Virus record (IMG/VR): IMGVR_UViG_3300025986_000001
Location: 1 to 64,000 of that record
Direction: 5' to 3' (one strand)
DNA length: 64,000 nucleotides
From: a virus
Lineage: Duplodnaviria; Caudoviricetes
Below are positions 27,624 to 37,083 of the stretch, piece after piece. The notes under the pieces are model-generated. The model worked only from the letters and a program-made list of their open reading frames with translations. It made no database searches and was not told the origin of the DNA. Both the position numbers and the translations under genes were made by a program. Position 1 is the stretch's first letter, and each line of letters begins with the position of its first letter.

Positions 27624-30545
27624 CTACGCCTGCCGGCTCGCCATCGCCGCCTCGTCGGCAAGCACCCGCGCCAGCTCGGCGGCCCGCAGCGCGGCCATCT
27701 CGGCCAGCTGCGTTGCCGAGACGCCCTGCTCCGGGGTGTGCGTCTCGGTCATACCGGCGGGCCGCTGGATGAGCCGGGCCGCTGCACGCCGGCCGGCCTC
27801 GACGCCGTCCGGGGTCAGCGTCCAGCTACCGCTGGCCGGGCCGCGGTCGATCTTCTGTACCCGGTCGGACGGCAACGGCTTGCTCCCGCCGACGGTGGGG
27901 TCGAGCTGGTCGGCGGCACGGGTGATGGTCGATTCCACCGGCGGCTTGCCCCAGCCGGGCGCCCGGCCCCACGCCTCGTGGGTGTCGATCTCCTTGCGGC
28001 TGATGCCGGGGTTCTCGTGCAGGATCGCCAGGACCACGTCGCGGGCGGCCATCTTGCCCTGCGGCTGCGCCGGGTCGGCCGGCTGCACAGCCTTGGGCCG
28101 CATGGCGGCCAGCGCGGCGCCCATCGTCATCGCCGCTTCGTCGTCCTCCTCGTCCTCCTGGGCGTCGGCGAGCAGCCGGCCGATGTTCGGCCGGAAGCTG
28201 CCGTCGGGCTGGTAGTCGCGGGCCAGCATCCACATGTCCCAGACCCCGGTGTCCTTCATGATCTCGACCGTTTCCTGCGAGATCCAGGTCAGCGGGTCGT
28301 CGATCTGCAGCGCCGGCTCGGCGCCCTTGCCCCACAGCGTGGTGTACACGGTGTCCTCGGCCGCCGGGTCGCGGCTGACGAACGCGGCGCGCAGCGGGAT
28401 CTGCGGCGCGCCGGGGGCCTGCCGCAGGCACATGCCGGGCAGCAGCGGCAGGTCGGCGGTCGAGTAGTTCTGGTTGCGCCCGCCGGCCAGCCGGCTGGAC
28501 AGGTCGCCGGTGCGGTACATCGTCAGCGACGTCAGGTTGATCAGGTCGCGCAGTGTCGAGTCGCCGAAGTCGGCCAGGCCGCCGCCCTGGCTCAGCAGCT
28601 TCGCGCCCATCGCGGCGGCGCGCTGGAACCGCACCATGTTGACGAAGTCCACCAGGAAGCCCTGATCTTTGGCCTGGTCGTGGAACTCGTCCCAGATGTG
28701 GGCGATCGGCTGGCCGTAGACGCCGATCTTCCCGGTCTGCGGGTCGTGGGTGTTCCACTTGCTTTCGCCGGCCACCTTCGCGCCGTACCGGTTGGTCTTC
28801 GGCGCGGCCGCCAGCTTCGTCTCGCGGCGCTGCCGCTCGGCGTGCAGGAAGGCCAGGATCATGCGCCGGTGCCGCCGGGTGAACCCGATCGGGAAGATCC
28901 CGGCGAAGTCGGCGTAGTCGACCAGCCGCTTCGGGTCCACCAGGATCGGGAAGATGCAGGCCATCAGCAGGTTGCACAGGTAGCGGGTGGCGTCGGCGCC
29001 CTTGCCGCCGCCGGTGGTGCCCACGACACCGCCGCCGAACGGCTGACCCGGCTTGTACAGCACCTCCTGCAGGTCGTCGCCGGTCAGCGCGCGTCCCAGG
29101 TAGCCGTGGCGGGTGCCGTCGGCGTCGACCTGCACCGCCGTCTCGGCGCGCCACGGCACGGCGTCGCCCAGCCGGGCCCGGTCGGTAATCATGATCATGA
29201 AAGTGTTCTGCCGGCCGCCGGGGTTGTCGACCAGCGAGATGGCCGCCGCGTCGTGCTTGCCGTCGAACAGCACGGCCACCAGCCAGTCCTTGGCCGCCTG
29301 CAGCGGCGAGACCATGCCGCCGCGGCCGACCAGCGCGCCCGGCTCGGCGGTGCCCAGGTACTCCCAGCCGATCCGCACCCGCTCGCCGGTCGTCGGGTCC
29401 GGCGCGGTGATCTCCCGCGTCTGCGCCGGGGCGATCTTCGTCCGGGTGATCTGCAGGAAGTTCTCCCGGGCCGTCTCGAGCCGGCCGATGCGCTCCCACT
29501 CGATGCGCATCCGCTCACCCTGGTGCTCCGGGTTGTCCTCGTCGTACGCGCCGACATCGGCCATCTGCTGGCGCAGCGCCGCCTCCGCCAGCATCGCCTG
29601 CGCCTCGACCTCGGCCTGCCGGGCCCTGGCCTCCGCCGCCCGGCGGGCGTTGTCGATCGCCAGCTGGCGGATCCGCTGCCGTTCGGCCCACAGCCGCTCC
29701 CAGTGCGCCCGGTTGGTCCACCAGGCCAGCCCCAGCCCGAGCAGGGTCAGCACCGCCCACTGCACGCCGCTGGCCGCGTCCAGACCGGCCAGCGCATCCA
29801 GGGCGCCGGTGGCCGCCAGGAAGACGCCGGTGCTGGCGGCCGCCCGGGTCACCCACAGGCCCCGCTCGCGGGCCTTCTTCGCGGCCCGGCCCTCCAGGCC
29901 CTGCTTGCGCAGCCGGGCCCGGATCTTCTCGACGTAGACGGCCAGCAGGTAGCCAGCGACCACACCGGCCACCGTGACCACGCTGGCCAGCGCCGCGGTC
30001 TGCAGTGCGCCGGTCATGTCGACGGTGTAGACGACGCCGACCTCGACGGCCACGCTCGCGGCCAGGCTGGGCAGGTGACCCTTACCGTCCTCGGCCAGCT
30101 GGGCCAGCTTGGCCGGCGCGCCGGCCCGGGTGTCACGGACCGCCGTCATCGCCGCCGAGGCCCGGATCCTCTCGGCGTACTGCATCTTCTTCTGCGCCCA
30201 CAGGTTGGCGACCCAGGCCAGCTGCCGCTGCCGGCCGACGGCGATTGGGTCGTCGTCGGTGTCGTCCAGCGGCACCAGCGCCAGCAGCTGCCCGTCGACC
30301 GGGCAGTGCTTGGCCTTCGGTTCGGTCCGCGGCGCGATCACCCACTCCGCAGTGGTGCAGGCGGCGGTGATGCACGCGTACAGCTTCCCGTTGACCTGGT
30401 AGGTCTGCTTGTCAACGGGAAGCTCGACGGCGTGCTGCTCCAGATTGCCGTTCTTGTCGCGCCAGACGTCGGACTTGTTCGCGTTGCCGGGAATCGGGGG
30501 CAAGGGCCGCTCGGTGCGGGGCATCGTCGCGGTCGACATGATCAT
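27624..30545 (-). CDS. traB: TraB-like FtsK/SpoIIIE conjugal DNA translocase
   Basis: N-terminal TMs and coiled coil; GTTGGGKG Walker A variant; IWDEFH Walker B; C-terminal wHTH-like domain. Confidence 0.75.
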   Translation of the reverse strand: MIMSTATMPRTERPLPPIPGNANKSDVWRDKNGNLEQHAVELPVDKQTYQVNGKLYACITAACTTAEWVIAPRTEPKAKHCPVDGQLLALVPLDDTDDDPIAVGRQRQLAWVANLWAQKKMQYAERIRASAAMTAVRDTRAGAPAKLAQLAEDGKGHLPSLAASVAVEVGVVYTVDMTGALQTAALASVVTVAGVVAGYLLAVYVEKIRARLRKQGLEGRAAKKARERGLWVTRAAASTGVFLAATGALDALAGLDAASGVQWAVLTLLGLGLAWWTNRAHWERLWAERQRIRQLAIDNARRAAEARARQAEVEAQAMLAEAALRQQMADVGAYDEDNPEHQGERMRIEWERIGRLETARENFLQITRTKIAPAQTREITAPDPTTGERVRIGWEYLGTAEPGALVGRGGMVSPLQAAKDWLVAVLFDGKHDAAAISLVDNPGGRQNTFMIMITDRARLGDAVPWRAETAVQVDADGTRHGYLGRALTGDDLQEVLYKPGQPFGGGVVGTTGGGKGADATRYLCNLLMACIFPILVDPKRLVDYADFAGIFPIGFTRRHRRMILAFLHAERQRRETKLAAAPKTNRYGAKVAGESKWNTHDPQTGKIGVYGQPIAHIWDEFHDQAKDQGFLVDFVNMVRFQRAAAMGAKLLSQGGGLADFGDSTLRDLINLTSLTMYRTGDLSSRLAGGRNQNYSTADLPLLPGMCLRQAPGAPQIPLRAAFVSRDPAAEDTVYTTLWGKGAEPALQIDDPLTWISQETVEIMKDTGVWDMWMLARDYQPDGSFRPNIGRLLADAQEDEEDDEAAMTMGAALAAMRPKAVQPADPAQPQGKMAARDVVLAILHENPGISRKEIDTHEAWGRAPGWGKPPVESTITRAADQLDPTVGGSKPLPSDRVQKIDRGPASGSWTLTPDGVEAGRRAAARLIQRPAGMTETHTPEQGVSATQLAEMAALRAAELARVLADEAAMASRQA

Positions 30546-30638
30546 TCTCCTTGGGTGTTGGTTCTCAGTCGGCGGGATCGAACCGGCGGCTGCGGCACCG
30601 CCCGCCCTCGCGGGGCGGGCGGCACCGTAACGGCCGGG

Positions 30639-31166
30639 TCAGCGGCGCCCTGCGTCGCGCAGCAGCGCCGGGCCGGCGCCGGTGGCGCGCTCCGCGTCCT
30701 GCACGTCACGCATGGTGGCCAGCGCCTGGAACGCGGCGGCGTTCAGCGCCTGCACCAGCACGGAGTGCTCGTGCACCGCGACCACCAGGTCGGCGGTGTG
30801 CGAGGCGACCGCGCTGGCCGCGTCGGTGGCGACCAGAGTCGCCGTCGGCGCCTGGTAGAGGTTGCTGACCTCGTCGAGGTTGCTCACCAGAGCGTCGAGC
30901 GCGTCGGCCGTCTTGCTCAGTGGGATCAGCTGCTCCCCCAGCGTGGCCAGGTCGGTGTTCAGGTTCGCCATTTCCAGGCCGATGAGATCGAGAACGCTGA
31001 AGGCCGCCTGGCTCGCCGGCACCTGCCGGGCGAGCGGGCGAGCCGGCAGCTGACCGGTGGCCCCCGCCGTCGACCCGCCGGCGGCGGGTCGAGCCGGGGC
31101 GAGGGCGGTCGGCCCCGGCGTAACCACGGGGGCGTTGTCGATGCGGGGAACGACGTCAGTGCTCAT
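30639..31166 (-). CDS. transfer-region helical protein
   Basis: Ala-rich helical ORF directly upstream of traB. Confidence 0.55.
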   Translation of the reverse strand: MSTDVVPRIDNAPVVTPGPTALAPARPAAGGSTAGATGQLPARPLARQVPASQAAFSVLDLIGLEMANLNTDLATLGEQLIPLSKTADALDALVSNLDEVSNLYQAPTATLVATDAASAVASHTADLVVAVHEHSVLVQALNAAAFQALATMRDVQDAERATGAGPALLRDAGRR

Positions 31167-31180
31167 GATCTTCTCCTTCC

Positions 31181-32461
31181 TCAGGCCCCGGCCTCGGCAG
31201 CGTTGGCGAAGACCTCGCCGCTGGCACCTTCGCGGTGCACCTGCTGCAGATGTTCCTGGGCCGGCTGCAGCGACACGAGCGCCTGCTCGCCCAGCTGGAT
31301 CGCCGTGGCGTTGTTCTCCCCGACCAGCCGCAGCCCCCTCTGCAGGACCTGCGCCATCCGGCCGGCTTCAGCCAGCAGCTCCCAGACCACCATCGGCACC
31401 GGGTAGATACCGGCCAGGCTGCGAATGCGGTGCAGCCGGCGCGCGACCACCCGCTGTGAGCCCTGCAGATCCGGCAACTGCCGTTCGACGCTGGCCAGCA
31501 GCGGCGGGATCGGCGCGAACAGCTGCAGGATGAAGTCCAGGTTGGTCTCGCCCTGCGGGCCCCGCCGTGGCGGGGTCTCACCGGACGGCAGCACCGTGGT
31601 GCCGTCTGCGGTCATGACATCTCCTTCGATGATTCGCTCGCCCGGGCCGGCAGGTCCAAGCGGCAGGGCCTCGTCGGCGTCGAGTACAGCCGCCGCCGGC
31701 CCACCGGTCACAACGGGATCCGCCAGGGGTGACCCGGCAGCGCCCGGCTCGTACACGAAGTCCGGCTCCGGGCCGTCCAGCGCCTCGGCCGCGAAGTCCT
31801 CGGTACCGCGCTCGTCCGGCTCGGGGCTCTGTTCGTCCGGCTGGGCGCTGCGCTTGCCCGGCCGCTGTTGTTCCTGCCACTGCCGCCAGCCGGCGCGGGC
31901 GCCTTCGGCGAAGCCGGTCAGGAAGTTCCAGAGGTCCCGGAAGAACGCACCGATCGCCGGGTAGGTACCGGTGATCTTCTCGTTCGCGCGGGCCATCTTA
32001 TCGTCGAAGAGCCTATACCCCGCCTTGGACTTCGCGACGGTGTCTTTCAGGAACTCCCACGGGTTTCGGACGGAACCGTCCGGCCGGTCCGGCTTGTCCC
32101 CGTCACGGTTGTTGTCGATCCAGTCCCGCAGCCGCTGCCGGTGCTCCTCCAGCAGCGCCGAGCGGGCCTGCGCCCGCTGCTTGAGGTCCGCCAGCACCTG
32201 CGCCGCGTCGGCGGCCAGCTGCTGGCGGCGTTCGGCCAGCTGCTCGGCGGTCAGCCGCGGCCGGCCCTCGAACCAGCCGGGCTTGTCCCAGCCGGACTTG
32301 ATGAACGCCTGCTCGATGCCGACCGCCAGGGCGGCGATGATCCCGATCACCGGGCCGCCCAGCAGGAAACCCGCGCCGATCGTCAGCGCGGCCGCCTTCT
32401 TCTCCTCGGGGGCCATCCCCGGCGAGCTGGTGCTCGCCGGGGGCGGCGCGGTAACGGTCAT
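31181..32461 (-). CDS. transfer-region membrane / coiled-coil protein
   Basis: N-terminal TM, coiled coil, acidic linker. Confidence 0.6.
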   Translation of the reverse strand: MTVTAPPPASTSSPGMAPEEKKAAALTIGAGFLLGGPVIGIIAALAVGIEQAFIKSGWDKPGWFEGRPRLTAEQLAERRQQLAADAAQVLADLKQRAQARSALLEEHRQRLRDWIDNNRDGDKPDRPDGSVRNPWEFLKDTVAKSKAGYRLFDDKMARANEKITGTYPAIGAFFRDLWNFLTGFAEGARAGWRQWQEQQRPGKRSAQPDEQSPEPDERGTEDFAAEALDGPEPDFVYEPGAAGSPLADPVVTGGPAAAVLDADEALPLGPAGPGERIIEGDVMTADGTTVLPSGETPPRRGPQGETNLDFILQLFAPIPPLLASVERQLPDLQGSQRVVARRLHRIRSLAGIYPVPMVVWELLAEAGRMAQVLQRGLRLVGENNATAIQLGEQALVSLQPAQEHLQQVHREGASGEVFANAAEAGA

Positions 32462-32465
32462 GGGA

Positions 32466-33317
32466 TCAGAACACTCCGTTCAGGACGTCGGCGCCGTCGG
32501 CGGTGGCGCCGGTGATCGCCGCCAGCGCGATTCCGCCGAAGATGAACACGGCGCCGATGCCGAAGATCGCCGCGGTGCGGGCCAGCTTGTCCGGCACCTT
32601 GTCGACCCAGATGTCGTAGGCGCCGGCGACGATGGCGCCCAGGCCGGCCACCCCGATGCCGGTCCGCACGATGGCGCGGATGCCCGAGGGCAGCTGGGAG
32701 ATCAGCGCCGTGTCGGCGTAGGCGATCAGCGGGATGATCACCAGACCGGCCAGCAGCAGCACGCCGAACGAGAACCAGTTCCACTTGTTCTTGTGGTTGG
32801 TCGCCGCGTCCGCCCGCTTGACGATCATGAAGGCGTAGATCAGGGTGACGATGCCCATCGCCGCGGCGGTCAGCCCCTGGCCGATGCCCTGCGGGTTCTG
32901 CAGCAGGCCGACCACGGCGGTGCCGCCGATCGGCAGCAGCGTCGGCGTCCACAGCGCGGCGGTGCGCGCCTCGTGGTCGGGCTGCTTGTCCGCCAGGTCA
33001 CGGATCATGCTGATCAGCAGGGCGACACCGTGCCAGCCCAGCGCCAGCGTGACCACCGCGGTCAGGTTGCCGACGAGCGCGCCGACACCGGCGCGGCCGC
33101 CCAGGCCGATCAGCCAGTGGATGAAGGGGATCATCGCGACGGTCAGCGCGAGGCCACCGATCGCGTAGAGCACGAACGCGCCCCAGCGGGCGTGTGAGCC
33201 GCGGTCCTTGTCCCGCATCTTCGGCAGGATCTTCTTGGCGGTCGTGACGCAGAAGATCGCGATCAGCAACGCGATCAGTCCGGTCTGGTGGGCGTTGATC
33301 CAGCCCAGGATGTTCAT
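32466..33317 (-). CDS. polytopic membrane protein (spread/transfer-like)
   Basis: About 8 hydrophobic segments; internal repeat DKQPDHEAR / DKVPDKLAR. Confidence 0.7.
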   Translation of the reverse strand: MNILGWINAHQTGLIALLIAIFCVTTAKKILPKMRDKDRGSHARWGAFVLYAIGGLALTVAMIPFIHWLIGLGGRAGVGALVGNLTAVVTLALGWHGVALLISMIRDLADKQPDHEARTAALWTPTLLPIGGTAVVGLLQNPQGIGQGLTAAAMGIVTLIYAFMIVKRADAATNHKNKWNWFSFGVLLLAGLVIIPLIAYADTALISQLPSGIRAIVRTGIGVAGLGAIVAGAYDIWVDKVPDKLARTAAIFGIGAVFIFGGIALAAITGATADGADVLNGVF

Positions 33318-33376
33318 GATCAGACTCTTTTCCTTGATGGTTCAGGGGTTGGGGTTGTTCTTGCGACGCACGAAAC

Positions 33377-33895
33377 TCAGGCGCTGTGCCCGGCCAGGTA
33401 GGCCATGCCCAGCGCGATCAGCAGGACGCCGGTCGCGACGCCGGCCTTGATGCGGGTGTCGGTGCCCTTGACGATCAGGTAGCCGGCGCTGTTCCACAAC
33501 GCCCGGCACAGCCCGGCCGCGGTCATCACCGTCCAGATGATCCAGTTGGCGGCCTCGCCCTTGCCCGGCGCGAGCCGGGTCCAGGCCAGCACCGGCGTCA
33601 TCGCCTCGACCGCCCAGTCGCTGCCGGCCGCCGAAGCGGCCGCCTGCACCTGCGCGGCCCGCAGCTCCTCGGCCAGCGCCGCACCCAGCCCGCCTCGCGG
33701 CGGCGGGGGCGGCGCGTACGGCTCCGGATTCGGCGCCGTACCTTGATCTACGAGCCTCAGATGTGGTACTCGCGCGCCCGCGGGTGCCCCCGGGCACGCG
33801 GATTCCGCCCCTTTTCGGGCCTCGAATCCGTGTTCCCGGGCAAGATCTGGGCGATGCACATGCGCACGCACATCGTCAAAGGGCTGCGCGCTCAT
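33377..33895 (-). CDS. membrane protein, transfer operon
   Basis: Two C-terminal TMs. Confidence 0.55.
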   Translation of the reverse strand: MSAQPFDDVRAHVHRPDLAREHGFEARKGAESACPGAPAGARVPHLRLVDQGTAPNPEPYAPPPPPRGGLGAALAEELRAAQVQAAASAAGSDWAVEAMTPVLAWTRLAPGKGEAANWIIWTVMTAAGLCRALWNSAGYLIVKGTDTRIKAGVATGVLLIALGMAYLAGHSA

Positions 33896-34109
33896 CGGTC
33901 ACACCTGCCTCTCGGTCGGTCAGTTCGATCAGTTCCCGGGCCACCCGCTCGACCGTGTTGTCGTCCGCGCGGGCGAAGGTGGCGCGGTAGTAGCGGGCCA
34001 CCGCGGCGAGGATTTCGCGGCCGTTGCCGGCCTCCTCCAGGTCCTTGAGCAGCCGGGCCTGCCGGCCCCGCCGGCGGGACGCGGCCCCGCCGGCGGGGCG
34101 CTTGGTCAT
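33876..34109 (-). CDS. small hypothetical protein
   Basis: MTKRPAGG; ATGA overlap. Confidence 0.5.
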   Translation of the reverse strand: MTKRPAGGAASRRRGRQARLLKDLEEAGNGREILAAVARYYRATFARADDNTVERVARELIELTDREAGVTDERAAL

Positions 34110-34513
34110 TTCCGTTGCCACGCGTACTTCTCCTCGTGGTCGTCGTAGGCGACCGGAACCCACAGGAACGAACGTTTCCGCAGGTCAGGCCAGTCGTCGG
34201 GGATGTAGGGGGTACGGCCACCGGTGATCTGCTCATCCTGCTGCGCAGGTAGCGGAGTGACTAGCAGCGCGTGGTCGTCGATGTCGGTGCGGCGGATCCG
34301 GTAGGCCCGGATCAGCCAGTCGAAGGTCCTGGCCAGGCGGGCCGAGGTGGGCCGAGAGAACTCCCCGCCGCGCAGATCCAGGTGCATCAGCGCGGGGGTG
34401 ATGGTGCTCGGTGTCACGTTCGGGGCTGTCAGCGGCGCCCCGTCGATGCGGGCCAGCTGCACCAGATACGGCAGCGGCCGGTCCTCGTCGTATAGATGGT
34501 TTTCTCGGCGCAT
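34106..34513 (-). CDS. hypothetical protein
   Basis: GGAGAG SD before MRRENHLY. Confidence 0.55.
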   Translation of the reverse strand: MRRENHLYDEDRPLPYLVQLARIDGAPLTAPNVTPSTITPALMHLDLRGGEFSRPTSARLARTFDWLIRAYRIRRTDIDDHALLVTPLPAQQDEQITGGRTPYIPDDWPDLRKRSFLWVPVAYDDHEEKYAWQRK

Positions 34514-34541
34514 CCTTGGCTCTCCTCGACGTTTCCCCAGG

Positions 34542-34916
34542 TCAGGCCGCCTGGGGCAGTTCGGGTGTGCGACGCGTGTGCGTGCGCACATCGGGCAGCT
34601 GGGGCTGCTGTACATCGACGACTACGCCCTCGAGCACCGGGTCGACCACGTAAGTGGAGATGGCCGCGGCGGTGGCCAGAACGGCTACCGCGCCGCCGAG
34701 AACGATCAGGAAGACCGGGCTCATCTGCAGATTCGGGACGTGTTGGGCCTGAAAGTAGAGGCCGGCCAGCGCCGTAAGGACTCCCTGTAGCAGGGCGCCG
34801 TACACAGCGTGACGGACTCGGGTCAGGCGACGGATCAGCGACTTCATGGAGTTGTCTCGCAATCTTGGGGTTGTTGCACGGGGTTGTTGCTCTGGAGGGT
34901 GGGACCGGCGGGTCAT
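34542..34916 (-). CDS. two-TM membrane protein with C-terminal C..C..H..C
   Basis: Hydrophobic segments; start may be 34847. Confidence 0.5.
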   Translation of the reverse strand: MTRRSHPPEQQPRATTPRLRDNSMKSLIRRLTRVRHAVYGALLQGVLTALAGLYFQAQHVPNLQMSPVFLIVLGGAVAVLATAAAISTYVVDPVLEGVVVDVQQPQLPDVRTHTRRTPELPQAA

Positions 34917-34936
34917 GACTCCCGCCGGCCGGTGGG

Positions 34937-36256
34937 TCAGTTGGCGACCTGATCCGTCTCGTCGTCTCCGGGACGGATCAGGTTCTGGATACCGGCCTCG
35001 ACGCCGAGACGGCCGGCGTGCGCCTTGCTGATGCCGAGACGCTTACCGATCTCCGCGTAGGAGACGGGAGACGTCCCGGACCGCAGAGACGCGACCTGGT
35101 GCAGGAGACGGGCGTCTCCCGCTCCCGTCTCATTCGTCGTCTCTGCCAGCGGCCCAGGAGACGGGAGCCGGCGAGACGGAGACGGAGACGCGGTCAGTGC
35201 GGCCGTCTCGGAGGAGACGAGGGACGGGACGACGTGCAGGCGCTGCTGCACGCGAGGCGTCTCCGTCTCCAGCAGTTCGGCCTCGACCGTCTCCACTGCC
35301 GGCCAGACCTTCGGCTTGCCGGACATCTTCCAGAGACGACGATCCTCGACCGCCAGAATCGGAGACGAGAGACGGTAGCGGGTGGCGTGCTTGAGCGAGC
35401 ACCAGGTGTCCCACGGGCACAGGATCCAGCTCATCGCCGAAAACTTCGGTGCCCGGGCGTCGACCAGGCCCTTCTCCCGCAGCCGCGCACGGTGCTTGTA
35501 GGCGGCCTGCTTGCCCCAGATCAGCACGCCCATGGTGCTCATCAGGGCCACGATCATCGCTGGTGCCCACTTGGCCACCATGGCGGCGTCCACCTCGACG
35601 GTGTCCGTGCGGGCCAGGTCCTGCGTCAGCTCGAAGATCGAGTGAGAGAGGATGAAAGCCGCGTTGAGCAGGATCAACGCGGCCAGCAGGAGCCGATGGC
35701 CGGCGGTGGAGTCACCCTCGATGCGGGTCTTCTCGTAGAGGGTTGCGGTCTTCCAGATACCGCCCTCGAAGGCCAGGGCCAGGGCCAGGGCGACTCCGTC
35801 GGGCAGGCTCAACGGCTCAGCGACGCCCGACTTGATCGTGAAGATGGCAGACACGACCAGCGGCGCGGCCAGCGGCAGGGCGCCGAAGGTGCGGTTGAAC
35901 CAGACCCCGGCGACTCGCAGCCACATGGGCAACGGGGCGATGACGTCATCGCCGGGTTCCGTCTCCAAACCGCGAGACGAGCTGCGGCGCTTGGTCGCGG
36001 CGGCCTGAGACGCCCGCTCCTGCGTCTCACGCTGCTCCTGCTCTCGGCGGAGACGGACGAGACGCTCCTGCTCGGCGCGCGTCTCGGCGGAGACGACGCG
36101 TGCGCGCCGCCAGGCAGAGAGACGAGACGCCGTCCGTCCCATAGGAGACGGCGTTGCGTCTCCGGGGGACGCCATCGGCGTCTCCGACGAAGCGCTCGGA
36201 GAGACGCCGAGCGTCTCCTCGTCTCCGTCTCGGTCTTGGGTGGGGGCGTTGTTCAT
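34937..36256 (-). CDS. Spd-like / DUF2637-like membrane protein with C-terminal HTH
   Basis: Coiled coil, four TMs, SYAEIGKRLGISKAHAGRL HTH; first gene of the transfer operon. Confidence 0.7.
   Translation of the reverse strand: MNNAPTQDRDGDEETLGVSPSASSETPMASPGDATPSPMGRTASRLSAWRRARVVSAETRAEQERLVRLRREQEQRETQERASQAAATKRRSSSRGLETEPGDDVIAPLPMWLRVAGVWFNRTFGALPLAAPLVVSAIFTIKSGVAEPLSLPDGVALALALAFEGGIWKTATLYEKTRIEGDSTAGHRLLLAALILLNAAFILSHSIFELTQDLARTDTVEVDAAMVAKWAPAMIVALMSTMGVLIWGKQAAYKHRARLREKGLVDARAPKFSAMSWILCPWDTWCSLKHATRYRLSSPILAVEDRRLWKMSGKPKVWPAVETVEAELLETETPRVQQRLHVVPSLVSSETAALTASPSPSRRLPSPGPLAETTNETGAGDARLLHQVASLRSGTSPVSYAEIGKRLGISKAHAGRLGVEAGIQNLIRPGDDETDQVAN
34955..35374. repeat. GAGACG/CGTCTC hexamer cluster A (23 copies by hand count)
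   Basis: Both orientations, inside the 3' part of the CDS. Confidence 0.9.
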
Positions 36257-36436
36257 GAGACGACCGTACAACACCGCCGAGAAAGTTTCTAGCAGGAGTC
36301 ACAAATTGCTCAACATTTCTGAGACGATGAGACGGGAGACGACGCCGTCTCATGAGACGGCCGAGGAGACGCCTTGCGTAGCATCACCGATCTACCCCAC
36401 TCGCCCTACCGACTCTGAGACGCCGGAACTCGTCTC
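35960..36436. repeat. GAGACG/CGTCTC hexamer cluster B (26 copies by hand count)
   Basis: Both orientations, in the 5' part of the CDS and its promoter region. Confidence 0.9.
36257..36291 (-). promoter_or_regulatory. putative leaderless promoter TAGAAA-N17-TACGGT
   Basis: -10 element separated from the ATG by exactly one CGTCTC hexamer. Confidence 0.45.
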
Positions 36437-36444
36437 CTCTACTC

Positions 36445-36511
36445 GCCTGACCCACGGCACACGAAAGCCCCCGGCTACCAACCGGGGGCTTTCGTGTGCC
36501 GTGGGTCAGGC
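36445..36511. terminator. perfect 30-bp inverted repeat
   Basis: GCCTGACCCACGGCACACGAAAGCCCCCGG-N7-complement; overlaps the stop codon of 36506. Confidence 0.8.
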
Positions 36512-37066
36512 AGCGCGGCGGGCGGTCGGCCGCGCCTGGGTCGCCAGCTCGTGGACCCAGTTCCACCATGAGACGCCGGCGAGCACGTCGGGGAGGCTGT
36601 CGTCGTATTCGACCTTGACGCGGTGGCCGGCGTCGTCCATGTGCATGATCACCAGTCGAGCATTGTCGATCATCCACCAGTCGGCGCGCGGCCCGAACGG
36701 GGCCTCCCCCAGGATGTTCAGCGCCGGCCGGGGGAGCGTGACGATCTGCTCGCCGGCGGCACGGTTCCACCGGTCGTTCCACTGCACGAACTTCTGGTAC
36801 TGCGTCGGAGGCTCGTCGACGACGCGGACCCGCTCGACGCGCACCCCGCGGGCGGTGAGCGCACGCACATTGGCGTACCACCGGACCAGCCAGGGCGAGT
36901 CGGTGGCCGGCCGCGGGGTGCCGGCGCAGAAGGCGGCGTACAGCAGGTCTTCTGCGCCGACGGCGTAGCCGGGCTGCTGTTCCCACCGCCAGGCGGTGGC
37001 GGTGGCGGCGGTGATCTGTTCGTCGAGGACGGTGCCGACGTCGTCGTCGGCCAGTTCGTAGCGCAC
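36506..37066 (-). CDS. DUF6879-like protein
   Basis: AWRWE.Q..Y, VERVRVVDEPPTQYQ, GEQI, DWWMID. Confidence 0.75.
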   Translation of the reverse strand: MRYELADDDVGTVLDEQITAATATAWRWEQQPGYAVGAEDLLYAAFCAGTPRPATDSPWLVRWYANVRALTARGVRVERVRVVDEPPTQYQKFVQWNDRWNRAAGEQIVTLPRPALNILGEAPFGPRADWWMIDNARLVIMHMDDAGHRVKVEYDDSLPDVLAGVSWWNWVHELATQARPTARRAA

Positions 37067-37083
37067 GATGACCTCCGGTTGGG

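Noticed and set aside
27738-31406. 1222-aa + strand ORF and other long antisense ORFs (e.g. 7753..8988, 35018..36292, 39504..41063)
   Set aside because: Shadow frames of high-GC genes with clear motifs on the opposite strand.
34955-36436. GAGACG/CGTCTC as a cloning or assembly artefact (Esp3I/BsmBI sites)
   Set aside because: The copies are irregularly spaced within an intact 439-aa frame and avoid the TM-coding part, which fits natural selection.
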